Positions 27,592-40,968 of a DNA stretch of 64,000 nucleotides are shown one piece after another. The stretch is from the human T2T-CHM13v2.0 reference genome, Homo sapiens. The first letter of the stretch is position 1. Every line of letters begins with the position of its first letter. The notes under the pieces are model-generated. The model had not been told where the DNA came from. It made no database searches and saw only the letters and a program-made list of their open reading frames with translations. The position numbers were made by a program, and so were the translations under genes. The stretch lies in NCBI RefSeq assembly GCF_009914755.1, contig NC_060930.1, one strand, 5' to 3'.

Positions 27592-27845
27592 AGGAGATCT
27601 GATTGTTTAAAAGTGTGTGGCACCTCCCCCTACTCTCGCTTGCTCCTGCTTTTGCCATGTGATGTGCAATCTCCTGCTTCACCTTCCTCCATGATTGTAA
27701 GCTTTCGAAGTCCTCCTGAGAAGCAGAAGCCAGTGCCATGCTTCCTGTACAGCCTGCAGAACAGTGATTCAATTAAACCTCTTTTCTTTATAAATTACTC
27801 AGTCTCAGATATTTCTTCATAGCAATGCAAGAACAGACTAATACA
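27592..27845 (+). mobile_element. MSTA-like MaLR LTR, 3' part only
   Basis: gagatctgattgtttaaaagtgtgtggcacc...gaagcagaagccagtgccatgcttcc...gactaataca. Confidence 0.8.
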
Positions 27846-29020
27846 AGTACAAAAAGTTTTTCATCTAAGATCAAAAATAACCTAAGCCTTTTCCTAAATT
27901 ATCTATCATAAAGTTCAATTAATAAATTAAGTTCAGTAAAAGGTTAACAACAGTACCTAATAATAAAATAGAACAAATATAACAAAAAAACAAAGAAGCA
28001 AGAATGCCAAATATTAACACTTTTGGTTTATCATCACAAGAGAAGTCACAGCCAGCATAAACAGGCAACACATAAAATAAAATAAAGTAAGTATAAGGTA
28101 GGAATTGAAAGGGAAAGTAAATTTTCTTTTTCACAAATAACGTAATTGTGTATGTCTATATATAAGCCATTTAGATTTAATGAATGAATTTATCAAGGTT
28201 AACAAAATGTAAAAATACAAAAGTCAATTGTATTTTTACAAAACACTAAAAAGTACAGAAAATGAAATCTTATAAATGATATTATTTAACATTAATTATA
28301 TAAGGTACCTGGAAATAAATCTATAGAAATGTGTGTGATAATAGAAGATCTACAGCAATGAGAACTTTACTTTGTTCATAAAATAGAAATATAAAAATTG
28401 AATAGATAGCATTTCTCCACAAATTTATGTCAATTATTTTGTGGAAATTGACAAGCTGTGTCTAAAATTTATATAGAAATGCATTTAGTTAAATCAACCA
28501 AGGCAAACTTGGAAAAGTAAAGACATGCTTAGCTATTGGAAAACAACTGGGAAAATATATAAAAGGTATATAGATTGAGAAGAAATAAATAACACTGTCT
28601 TTGTTCGCAGACATTATTGTCTACGTAGGAAACCCAAAAGGATAGGCAGAAAACCTCCTGGAACTAAGCAGCAGTTACAGCAGGGTTGCAGAATACAAGC
28701 TTAAGACAAAGCAGTAAATTGCTTTCCTATAGAGCAGTGATGAAGAAGTATATTTGAAATTAAATATCAGTACTCTTTACAAAATAATGCCCCAAATAAA
28801 ATACTTAAGTATAAATATTACAAAATATGTACGAGGTTCTATATAAGGGAAACTATAAAATGTTGATAAAAAAATCAAGGAACCAAATAAATGGGGAGAT
28901 ACTTTATGTTCATGGATAGGAAGACTGAACATAGTCAAGGTGTCAGTTCCTGCCAACTAGATCTATGGATTCAAGGCAATCTCAATCAAAATCTCAGCAA
29001 GTTATTTTATGGATATCGAC

Positions 29021-29329
<309 letters not shown>

Positions 29330-29438
29330 TCAACAGACTGATTCTAAAATTTACATGGAGAAGCAAAACTCCCAGAATAGCCAAAACAATATTGAAGAAA
29401 TAAAGTTGAAGGATGGCATTACCCAGTTTCAAGATTTA

Positions 29439-29658
29439 CAGGCAATTCCTGACTTACGATGATTTGACTTATGGTATTTTTATTTTATGATTGTCTTATT
29501 GGAACATAACAACATCATAAATGGAGGGGCATCTGAACTTAGGATGGTCCATTTTTCAACTTTACAATGGGTTTACTAAGGAATTAAATGGATTTTCAAC
29601 TTAAGACTTGCTGTGTGTTTATTGGGATGTAACCTCATTGTAAGTTGAGGAACATCTG
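29439..29658 (-). mobile_element. MER47/Tigger5-like pogo MITE
   Basis: Termini caggcaattcctgacttacgatg / cattgtaagttgaggaacatctg with TA on both sides; interrupts L1 aagattta|ctaaaaagc. Confidence 0.75.
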
Positions 29659-29714
29659 TACTAAAAAGCCACAATAATCAAGACAGTGTGTTATTGGTAA
29701 AAGAGTAACAGGAA

Positions 29715-30019
29715 GGCCAGGTGCCGTGGCTCACGCCTGTAATCCCAGCACTTTGGGAGGCTGAGGTGGGCGGATCGCGAGGTCAGGAGATGGAGACCAT
29801 CCCGGCTAACACAGTGAAACCCCGTCTCTACTAAAAATACAAAAAATTATCCAGACATGGTAGCAGATGCCTGTAGTCCCAGGTACTCAGGAGGCTGAGG
29901 CAGGAAAATGGCATGAACCCGGGAGGCAGAAGTTGCAGTGAGCCGACATCTTGCTACTGCACTCCAGCCTGGGGGACAGAGCGAGACTCTACCTCAATAA
30001 ATAAATAAATAAATAAATA
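29715..30019 (+). mobile_element. AluY-like
   Basis: Y-type features (gaccatccc, gcatgaacccggg); (AAAT)n tail; TSD aagagtaacaggaa / aagagtaagaggaa. Confidence 0.92.
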
Positions 30020-30685
30020 AGAGTAAGAGGAATAAATACATAGAACAGAAATGAGAATGAGAAGTAGACCCACACACATATAGTCAAATGGGTAAAGGCA
30101 ATACAACGTAGAAAAGATATTCTTTTCAACAGATGGTGCTGAAACTTCCAGATACCCACATGAAAAAAAAAAAGAAAATGAACATAGACACAGACTGTAC
30201 TCCCTTGACAAAAATAAACACCTCAAAATGGATCGAAGTCCTAAATGTAACACATAAAACTATACAACCTTTGGTAATAAAAAAGGAGAAAAAATCCAGA
30301 TGACCTTGAATTTGTCAGTAACTTTTTAGATGTAACAATGAAAGCACAATCTATAAAAGAATTAAAAAGCTGGACTTAATTAAAATAAAATATTTCTGCT
30401 TTACAAAAGTCATTGTCAAGAGAATGAAAAGACAAGCCACACACTGAAAGAAAATATTGCAAAAGACATGCGATAAGGGATTGGATCTCTCAAAACTGAA
30501 ATTATCATGACAAAAATAACACTATTAGAAATGGACCAAAGATCTTAATAACAGCCACCTTATCATAGAAGACGTACGTGTGTGCGTGTGTTTGTGTGTG
30601 TCTGTGTGTGTGTGTAATAAGCATATAGAGAGATGCTGCATGTCATATGTCATCATGGAAATGCCAATTAAAACAAGATAGCACC

Positions 30686-31154
<469 letters not shown>

Positions 31155-32259
31155 TTAATAAAAATACTTTGACCATACAATCGAGCAGTCATGCTCTTTG
31201 GTATTTAGCCAAAAAGGAAGGTGAAAATTTGTATAGACGAAAAAACCCTGCAGTTTTATTTATAATTGCTATCTTGAAAGCAATCAAGGTGTCTTTCAGT
31301 AGGTGAATGTATAAATAAACTGTGGTACATCCAGCCAATGGAATATTATTCAGTGCTAAAAAGCAATGAGCTGTCAAGCCATGAAAAGACATGAAGCAAA
31401 CTTAAATGCTTATTGCTCAGTGAAAGGAGCCAATCTGAAAAGGCTACATAGTGCGTAATCCAACTATATGACATCTAAAAAGGGCAAAACTATGGAGACA
31501 GTAAAAAGATCCATGGTTGTTAGGGTTAGGAAGCAGGGAGGGATGGTAAGCCAGAACACAGAGATTGTTTAGGGCCGTGAAAATTATCTGTATGGTACTA
31601 TAATGGTGGATACATGGTATTATAAATTTGTCCAACCCATAGACTACATAAGAGGGAGGTTCATCAGTTGCAACAAATGTACCACTCTGGTGGGGGATAC
31701 TGACAATGAGGGAATCAGTGAGTCTGTGGGGGAAGACGGTATATGGGAAATCTGTACTTTCTCCTCAATTTTGCTGTGAATCTAAAACCGCTTTAAGAAA
31801 TAAAGACTATTAAAAATGTAAAAGCAGTTGTATCACCAGACATCATAGCTTATTTGAAGCAACTGTAATTTAACATGGTTTTGGTGCAAGCATGGATAAT
31901 TCTACCAGTGAATGATAACAGAGAGTGTAACAACAGATCCACACACAGGCAGTCATGTGACTTATGAATGCATTGGTGCATATTGCAGCAACAATATGGA
32001 AATAATTATCTTTTTAATTGGTGTTGGATTAAATTTAATATTCATATAGAAAAAAATCTTGAAACCTTATCTCTAATAATAGAGACAAAGTGGGTTATAT
32101 ATCTAAACTCAAAATGTAAAACTATAATACTTCTGGAATAAAATATAGAAGCAAATCTTCATTATCTTTTGATATGTAAATATTTTTTAAAAAGACACAA
32201 GCTTGCTAAACTAGATTGCATTAATATTAAGACAAGTTAATCAAAAGACAATATTATAG

Positions 32260-32755
32260 TTACTATCACCAGTGATATGATGTGGTTATTATGTACCTCC
32301 TGGTGTGCTGTGAAGAGACGGATACTTCATCTCTGTGATGTTCTTTCAAAAAGAAACATAACTTCAGTCTAATAATGAAAAAAATCAGACATACCCACTT
32401 TGACAGACACGCTAGGAAATACCCGACCAGTATGCAAAACTGTTAAGGTCATGAAAAATAAGGTAAGACAGAAACTGTCACAGACCTGAGGAGACTAAGG
32501 AGACATGACAGTTAAGTGCTATATGGTAGCCTGCATTGGATCCTGGAAGAGAAACAGGACACTAATGGAAAAAATTGGTGAAATTCAAATGAAGTCTGAA
32601 GCTTAGTTAATAAAAATTTACCAATGATGGCTTCTTAATTTTGACAAATACACCATAGTGATGTGAGATGCTAATATTAGGAAAAATTGAGACAATAAGC
32701 AATATGCGAGAATTCTCTACACTGTTATAATTTTTCTGCAAACTGATTTTTTAAA
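32260..32755 (+). mobile_element. L1MC3/L1MD-type 3' UTR
   Basis: aaaactgttaaggtcatgaaaaataagg...gaggagactaaggagacatgaca...ggatcctggaagagaaa. Confidence 0.7.
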
Positions 32756-32942
32756 AAAACAAAAGGCTTATTACAAAAACTAGAAAATATTGCTAGGGTT
32801 AAAATAAAGCCAAAGAGGAAAAGATAATTTTAATAGTTTTCTAACAAAGGAAGATTTCATATCCTGAATATGTAAGAACTCTAAAAATCTAAAGGAAAAG
32901 AACAGGAACCTGGTAGACATTAGGCAAAATAATCAGATTTTA

Positions 32943-33236
32943 GGTCAGATACTCATGTCTGTAATCCCAGCACTTTCGGAGGTGGAGGCAGGCAGATTGC
33001 TTGAGGTCAGGAGTTTGAGACCAGCCTGGCCAACATGGCAAAACCTCGTCTCTACTAAAAATACAAAAAATTAGCCAGGCTTGGTGGCGGGTGCCTGCAA
33101 TCCCAACTACTTGTGAGGCTGAGACAGGAGAATAGATTGAACCCGGGAGGCAAAGGTTGTAGTGAGCTGAGATCACATCACTGCCCTCCAGCCTGGGTGA
33201 CTGAGCAAGACTCCATCTCAAGAAAAAAAAAAAAGA
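32943..33236 (+). mobile_element. AluS
   Basis: Alu body with A tail; TSD aatcagatttta / aagcagatttta. Confidence 0.93.
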
Positions 33237-33984
33237 AGCAGATTTTAGTGGGCATGCATTCCACTAAAAAATGAAATACATATATCAAAATATTCTCAAA
33301 TTAATGAGTAAATATATAAGGTAATTACAAATTAAAATCACCAATGGGCTTTTGTATATCCTCCAGAATGGCCAGATAAAAATGTCTTGTGAGAAAATAG
33401 AGTAATTAGTACTCTCATACACCACTCTAGGAATTTATATTGCTACAACCTTTTTTTTAAACCTATTTATAAAAGCTAAATAAATGCATAATCCACCACA
33501 CAAATTTTCCCTTTATATAAAAACAAACCAAAATGAGTACAATCTGCACCAAAATACATGTTCTGGCAGTGTTATCTGTAAGATGCAAAACCTGGAACAA
33601 CTCAATATTTCATACATCACTAGAATAAATAGTGTTTTATCCATACAATGTATTACCATGACCAGTTGAAAAGGAATGAACTGTAACTACATACAACAAC
33701 TTAGATGGATCTCACAAATATAAGAAAGCATATACAACAAAATATCAATTATGATTCATCTACATAATTTTTATAATTAGGCCACACAGAAGTCTATGGT
33801 GTTAGAATGCAGGATAGTGTATATCTTTGGGAAAGGTAGTGAACAGAAGGGTTCACAAAAGCAGGCTTTAGGGAACAGTAATGTTTTGTTACTATTTTGG
33901 GTGCTAGTTTTATGAGTATGTTTACTTGTTAAAAATTTATCACTCTGTACAGTTATAATTTGAGCAATTTTCTTTATGTATGCT

Positions 33985-36089
33985 GTGTGTTTTACAAATT
34001 GAAGGCTTAAGGCAACCCTGCTTTGAGCAAGTCTATTGGCACCATTTTTCCAACACCATGTGCTCACTTCCTATTCTCGTATTACATTTTGGTAATTCTC
34101 ACAATTTTTCAAACTTTTCAATATGATTATATCAGTTATGGTAATATTATTTGATGTTACTATTGTCACTGTTTTGGAGTCCATAAAATGCAACTGTATA
34201 TGATGGTGAACTTAGTCAATAAATTGTGTTCTGGTCTGCTCCACTGATCACACCTTCTCCTGTCTCTCTCCCTTTCTTTGGACCTTCCATTTTGCTGAGA
34301 CATATCAATATTGAAATTAGGTCAGTGAATAACCCTGCAATGGCCTCTAAATGTTCAAGTGAAAAAAGAGCCACACATCTCTTACTTTAAATCAAAAACT
34401 AGAATTACTAAGCTCAGTGAGGAAGATATGTCAAAGCCTGAGATAGGCTGAAAGCTAGGCCTCTTGAGCCTAGTAATTAGCCAAGTTGAAGGCAAAGGAA
34501 AATTCTCTTAAAAGATATTAAAAGTGCACTTCAGTGAATGCATGAACAAAACAGCCTTATTGTTTATATGGAGAAAGTTTTAGTAGTCTTAATAGAAGAT
34601 CAAACCAACCACAACATTCCTTAAGGCCAATGCCTAATCCAGAGCAAGGCCCTAACACTCTTCAACTCAGTGAAGGCTGAGTAGGATGAAGAAGTGGTAG
34701 AAGAAATGGCTGAAGCTAGCAGAGATAAGTTGATGAGGTGTAAGGGAAGAAGTCATCTCCATAACATAAAAGAGTGAAATGAAGCAATGAGTGGTGATGT
34801 AGAAACTGCAGTTATCCAAAAGATCTACCTGAGATAACTGTAACAACACCAAACAACAGACTTTCCATGCAGACAAAACAGCCTTCTACTGGAAGAAGCT
34901 GTCATCTAAGACTTTTATAGCTAGAGAGAAGTCGACGCCTAGCTTTAAAGCTTCAAAGGATAAGCTGACTCTCTTTTTAGGGTCTAATGCAGTTAGTGGC
35001 TTTAAATTAAAGCCAATATTCAAATGTTAGGGATTTTAAGAATTATACAAAACCTACCATATGTATTCTCTATAAATGAAAGAACAAAGCCGGAAAGACA
35101 GCACATCTGTTTGCAGCATGGTGTACTAAGTATTTTAAGCCCACTGTTGAGACCTACCACTCAGAAATAAAGATTCCTTTCAAAATATTATGGCTCATGG
35201 ACAATGCACCTACTCACCCAAGAGCTCTGATACATGAACATGTTGTTTTTATGCCTGCTGATGCAATATCTGTTCTGCAGCCCATGAGTGAAAGAGTAAT
35301 TTCAACTTCCAAGTCATGTTACTTAAAAAGTACATTTTGTAAGGCTATAGATGCCATGGACAGTGAATCCCCTGATAGATCTGGATAAAGTAAATTGAAA
35401 ACTTTCTGGAAAGGATTTACCATTCCACATGTCATTAAGAATATTCATGATTCGTGGGTGAAGATCAAAATATCAACATTAACAGTAATTTGGAGAAGTT
35501 GATTACAATCTTCATGAATAACTTTGCATGGTTCAAGACCTCCATGGAGGACGTGACTGCAGATGTAGTGAAAATAGCAATAGAATTAGTAGTAGAAGTA
35601 GAGGTTGAAGATGTAACTGAATTCCTGTAATCTCATAATAAAGCTTAAAAAAATGAGAAAATGCTTCTTATGGATGAGCAAGCAAAGTGGTTTCTTGAGA
35701 TGGAGACTACTCCTGCTGAAAATTACGTGAACATTGTTGAAATGACAACAAAGGATTTAATAAATTACATAAACTAAGTTTAAAAAGCAGAGGCAGGGTT
35801 TGGAAGACAGACTCCAATTTCAAAGAAGTTCTAGTGTAGTTCAAATGCTATCAAACATTAATGCATGCTACAGAGAGATTTATCATGATAGGAGGAGTCA
35901 ATCGATGTGACAAACTTCATTGTTGCTTTCATTGTTAAAAAATGCCACAGCCACCCTAACCTTCAGCAAACACCATCCTGGTCAATCAGCAGCCATCAAT
36001 ATTAAGGCAAGGCCCTCCACCAGCAAAAAGATTATAATTCACTGAAGCCTTGGATGATCACTGGCAAAAGTATTTTTTAATTAAGGTAT
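33985..36089 (+). mobile_element. Tigger1 DNA transposon, both termini missing; decayed transposase from ATG at 34340
   Basis: MASKCSSE start; ORF-track peptide MDNAPTHPRAL...VVFMPA...LQPM...VIST.KS.YL matches the Tigger1 DDE region. Confidence 0.9.
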
Positions 36090-36338
36090 TATATTTGCCC
36101 AAAGGAAAATAAGTCATTATATGAAAAAGACACATGCACACATGTGTGTATTGCAGCCCAATTCACAACTGCAAAGATATGGAACCAACCTAAGTGCCCA
36201 CTGCCCAATGAGTGGTTAAAGAAATCATGGCATTATATACACAATGTAATACTACTCATCCAGAAAAGGAACAAAATAATGTCCCCTGTGGCAACTTGGA
36301 TGGAGCTGGAGGCAATTATTCTGAATGAAATAACTCAG

Positions 36339-37105
36339 TGATAGCAACTGGAGATAGATAAATTCCTAGGTAGACAGGGACAATTATAAACTAATGTCGG
36401 GAAAAATTTGAAGCGGTAGAAAATATCATAAATAGAATCCGTAGGTTTCTCATAAACAAGATGCTAGAAAGCATTTAGGAGCTTGAGACCAGCCTCAGCA
36501 ACAAAGCAAGATCCTTTCTCTAAAAAAAATAAAAAATAAAAATAAAAAGAATAATGTAACCTGTGAAACCCAACTCTCAAACCAAGGGTAGTTTAAAGCC
36601 TGAAAACCGAGCCGCCAGTTCTACATGAGTCCACGACGAAAGAGTGAACTTCTATCCTCGTCTTACTCAATCTCTCTTGATTGGTTCCTTCTGAATGATC
36701 CTTTTAGTCAATCAAATGGTACTTTTTACAAAACCACCCATGGACCAATCAAACACACACTCTCCCATTCCAATCCCATGAAAACCCTGGACTCAGCCTC
36801 ACAAATGGCTACCCACTTTCAGGTCCCCTCTCACAGCTGAGAGTTTTCTTTCTGTCACTCAATAAAATTCTACTCTGCCTTACTCACTCTCTGGTGTCTG
36901 CATACCTTGGTCATGGAACAAGAACCTGGAACTTGCTGAACTACGGGAGTGAAAGAGCTGTAACGCTCCTGCTTGTTGAGCTGTGGGTTGTGGGAGTAAA
37001 AGAGCTGTAACACTCTTTCCTGCTTGCGGAACAATGAGAGAGAAGAAGCCACTGGGCACTACACCCTCCCCCTCACCAAACTACAGGATTGAAAAAGCTT
37101 AAACA
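36339..37105 (+). mobile_element. ERV1 solo LTR, LTR27/LTR28-like
   Basis: TG...CA ends with 4-bp TSD tcag; CCAAT boxes, aataaa, repeated aaagagctgtaac units. Confidence 0.8.
36384..36527 (+). repeat. Inverted repeat copy A (reverse complement of 37924-38067)
   Basis: Hand alignment: 144 bp, 9 mismatches, no gaps. Confidence 0.95.
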
Positions 37106-37399
37106 TCAGGAATGGAAAACCAAATACCATATGTTCTCACTTATAAGTGGGAGCTAAGCTATGAGTACACAAAATCTTATAGAGTGATATAATGGACTTT
37201 GGAGACTCTGAAGGAGGAGAGTGGGAAGGGGATGTGGGATAAAAAACTACGTATTGATTACAATGTATACTACTCTGGTGACAGGTGCACTAAAAATCTC
37301 AGAATTCACCACTACATAATTCATCCATGTAACCAAAAACCACTTGTATCCTAAAAGCTATTGAAATAAAAATAAATTTAAATAAAGATATCAGATTTC

Positions 37400-37600
37400 T
37401 TGACAAGCTATGAGACCTTGAAGATTTCCCTAATCTCCTGCAGATCCTCACATTTTTTCATTCATGAGATAAGCATAATATTAGCCACATATTAGGTTCT
37501 CTAAGAGAATCAAATGAGAAAATGAACATATTTTAAATGAACTACTAAGTGCAAATTGCAGTCATGAAGTCTGACATGTAGAAGTACTCAAGAACTGTTG
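37400..37600 (+). mobile_element. MIR
   Basis: agctatgagaccttg...cctcacattttttcattcatgagat...agaatcaaatgaga. Confidence 0.55.
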
Positions 37601-37708
37601 GTTTACTTTCACTTACACTACACATCATTATCTGTTACTAGGCTTTTGGGAAATAACCCACTGCCAGTGTTCAGTAATTACATCACAATGTAGGCAAAAT
37701 TCCACTGG

Positions 37709-37975
37709 ATTTTATTTATTTATTACTTATTTATTTATCTTTTGGGACAGGGTCTCACTCTGTGGCCCAGGCTGGAGTGCAGTGGTACAATGATAGGCTT
37801 ACTGCAGTCTCAACCTCCTGGGCTCAAATGACCCTCCCACATCAGCCTCCAGAGTTGCGGGACTGTAGGTGCATTCCACCATGCCCAGCTAATTTTGTTT
37901 TCTAATCTTATTTTTTTTTAATGTTTTTTAGAGAAAAGGTCTTGCTTTGTTGCTGGGGCTGGTCTCAAACTCCTG
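37709..37975 (-). mobile_element. 5'-truncated AluJ
   Basis: (TTTA)n tail; J-type acagggtctcactc and ctcctgggctcaa; Alu homology stops at ctcaaactcctg. Confidence 0.88.
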
Positions 37976-38067
37976 AATGCTTTCTAGCATCTTGTTTATG
38001 AGAAACCTACTGATTCTATTTATGATATTTCCTACTGCTTCAAATTTTTCCTGACATTAGTTTATAA
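37924..38067 (-). repeat. Inverted repeat copy B (AluJ segment plus ~90 bp of flank)
   Basis: Reverse complement of 36384-36527. Confidence 0.95.
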
Positions 38068-39620
38068 ATAATGATGAAGAAAAAATTTAATGAGGAATGA
38101 ACAAGAAACTCTGGGTCATTTTTAACTTATAGTTTCTTTTTTTTCTGTGAGTTTTTTTTTTTAAGCTTACCACAATGTTTTGCAAACTCCGCTATGTTTT
38201 TCTTCCAAAGCTTTTAATTTTCTCAATTCCTTCACTGTAACTATTAACTTTATTTGGATCTCAAGCACATTTAAAAAGTCTTCGTAGCAATATATTTTTA
38301 CTTTATCCGTTGATTTTAATACCAAAATACAATATTAACATATGTCATATATAGGGATTCATTCAATTATATTCCTGACAACAATTATGCCTTACATTAG
38401 TGAAGGCACTATTATCTCTCATAAAGTTCAGAGCAAGTGTCCTTGTAACTGTTATATCCAGTGTGACCACGGTCTTAAATATATAGAGCGAAATAATTTT
38501 CTGATCATTGTATCAAAAGCTACGGAGATAGCACCCAAGATTAGCATGATTTAACTGTTTCAACGTTTGAACACAGTAAGCAGTAACTTAAATAAAACCA
38601 ATATTAAGTTGTTTAAAAATATCTACTAAACTTCCATATGTGCCTGACAACAGCTCTGATGTGTAGCTTGGATACATAGGCCATAATAATTTTTTTTAAC
38701 TAGGATTATTAAAGAAATGATCGAAGACTGGAGACAGTTATAGTTTTTATATTCGGTTAAATTACAGTATCACAGAGCTCTGAAAAACATTATCTCTTAT
38801 CTCCCATAAAACAAGAGTTGATAACAATGCTGAACAAATTCTGTTGGCATGAGTCTCTGACAGGGCAGCTTTGATTTATGCTGGAGCTTTCATAAGGTGT
38901 TGCCGAAGAAGATACAGTTCAATAAATTAGAAGCACAAGGAAGAAAGCTGAATGCCTGCCAGCTATGGAATGTTTACATGATTTGCTTGCTACAGAAAAG
39001 CTTACTAGAGGGATTACAGGAAAGGCTAATCATGAAATAACATTCTCTGATATTTTGGCCCCTTGGAATTCAGGAATAAAATTCAGCTGCATTGAAATTA
39101 ACAAAATAGCACTCATTCTTTTGAAGACAAAGCGTGCCACATGCCTTCTACAAAAGAAAAATCAGAGGAAATGGACTGGCATAGCTATTGTTCTGAATAT
39201 TCTTTCAACAGTTTAGGCCTTTGCTCAGAAACAATAAGATGAAGATAGGTACGTAGGTAGGTAGGTAGGTACGTAGGCAGGCAGTATAGATAATTAAACA
39301 GATATGTAGATAGATATAGATATCTACTACTTTTTCAACTTCTTAAAAACTGTTTTGTTCATTTTTTCATATTTTTCTTTCTTAAATAAGTATTTAATGT
39401 TATAAATGTCCATCTAATAAGAGTTTATACTGCATTCCACAAAGTTTGATCTGCTTCATTTTCACCGTTGTTTATTTAAAAATGCTCTCTAATGTCTCTT
39501 GTGAATTTTTTAAAAATTCAACTTAAGGTTAATTATGAGTATGTTGATTCATTTCCAAATATTTGAACATTTTCCACATAAGTTTCTGTTCCGGATTTCT
39601 TATTTCATTTTGTTTGGATT

Positions 39621-39623
<3 letters not shown>

Positions 39624-39655
<32 letters not shown>
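39624..39655. repeat. (AC)16 microsatellite
   Basis: Direct reading. Confidence 0.95.
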
Positions 39656-39657
<2 letters not shown>

Positions 39658-39732
39658 TTAAATTTTACTTAAAAGGAGAGAGTTTGATTGCAAGACAATC
39701 AGAAAATGCCGGATCAACATCTTACCTGAATT

Positions 39733-40165
39733 GTGTTAGCTATCAATTGCTGCTGCATAACAATATTACTGCAAATTTAGCAGCTTAAAACCACACATTT
39801 ATTTTTTTCACATTTTCTATGTGTCAGCAATCTTGGCACAGTTTAGGAGTGTCCTCCCCAAGATTTTAATTAAGGTGTGAGCCTGGGCTTGAGGGTGTCA
39901 TCAGAATGCTTGACTGGGGAAATATTTAATTCCAAGCTCATTCCGTTTGTTGCAGACTTCATTTCACCGTAGCTTTAAGACTAGTTGTTTTATTTTCCTG
40001 CTGGCTGTCTAAAGGCTGCCATTGGTTTTTGCCACATGGGACTATTTAACATAACCGATGACTTCCCCAAAGCCAGCAAGGGAGTGAGGAATTACAGCAA
40101 GAAGGGCAATATAATCTATGTCATGTAATCATGTACATATATTCATATACATCTCATCATCTTTG
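39733..40165 (-). mobile_element. MLT1F/G/H-type MaLR LTR
   Basis: tgtgttagctatcaattgctgctgcataaca...ttagcagcttaaaaccacacatttatt. Confidence 0.65.
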
Positions 40166-40443
40166 TATCTGATATTTGACTTGATTTTTTGTGAAGATCT
40201 TTTGCTGATTTTTATAAATTAATTTTCTTTTTCTTTGGCTCAGTAAGTACATACTGCACACCTTCTTTAACAGACAGTTTAGAAGAGACATCTAGAGTTC
40301 TTTGTTACAAAAACTAAAAATAACAAGTTGATCACAACATTATCCTTTTTCTCCTGTACATCTCTATTTCTTATATCTTTTTCCATAAATATTTCACATT
40401 ATTTTCAGATTTGGTTGGTAGGAGGTTACAAAGTAAAACGTTC

Positions 40444-40827
40444 TAGTGGTAGTCAATTTTACACGTCAACTTGGCTAGGCTATGGTGCCCAGTTCTTTGG
40501 TTAAACATCAGTCTAAGTGTTACTATTAAGGTAGTTTTTAGATGTGATTAATATTTAAATTAACAGACTTTCAATAAGCTGGTTACTTTTTTTAATTAGA
40601 TGGGCCTCATCTAATTAGTTGATAGTCTTAAGAGCAGGTTTTCTAAAGAAGAAATTATCTTCAAAACTGTAACTTAGAAATTCTGAGTTTCCAGACTGAT
40701 TTCCTATGTAATTTAGAGTCAAGACTGCAATATCAACTTTTACCAGTATATCTAGCCTGACACAGCCTGTTCTGCAAATTTTGGACTTGCCAAGCCAATT
40801 ACTTAAAATAAATCTATCTTGATAGAT

Positions 40828-40871
<44 letters not shown>

Positions 40872-40968
40872 CAGATATAGATATAGATACAGATATGGGT
40901 ATAAATATAGATATAGACATAGATATGTCCTATTGGTTATTTTTCTCTAGAAAACACTGGCTAATACG
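40444..40968 (+). mobile_element. MLT2D-like ERVL LTR
   Basis: aattttacacgtcaacttggctaggctatggtgcccag...tcctattggtt...ctaatac. Confidence 0.8.
40828..40871 (+). repeat. (GATA)11 tetranucleotide STR within MLT2
   Basis: Direct reading; followed by degenerate gatata units to ~40925. Confidence 0.95.

Larger units (their letters stand above)
36090..37385 (+). mobile_element. L1PB 3' end, interrupted by an LTR
   Basis: AAQFTTAKIWNQPKCP and ATWMELEAIIL ORF2 C-terminus; 3' UTR ...ggtgacaggtgcactaaaaatctcagaattcaccact...gaaataaaa. Confidence 0.88.

Noticed and set aside
36528-37923. Inversion between the 144-bp inverted repeats
   Set aside because: The LTR and its L1PB host are colinear and same-strand on both sides of copy A and the LTR's TCAG TSD is intact, so this haplotype is not inverted
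38965-39216. 83-aa ATG ORF in non-repeat DNA
   Set aside because: No homology recognised and no supporting exon structure
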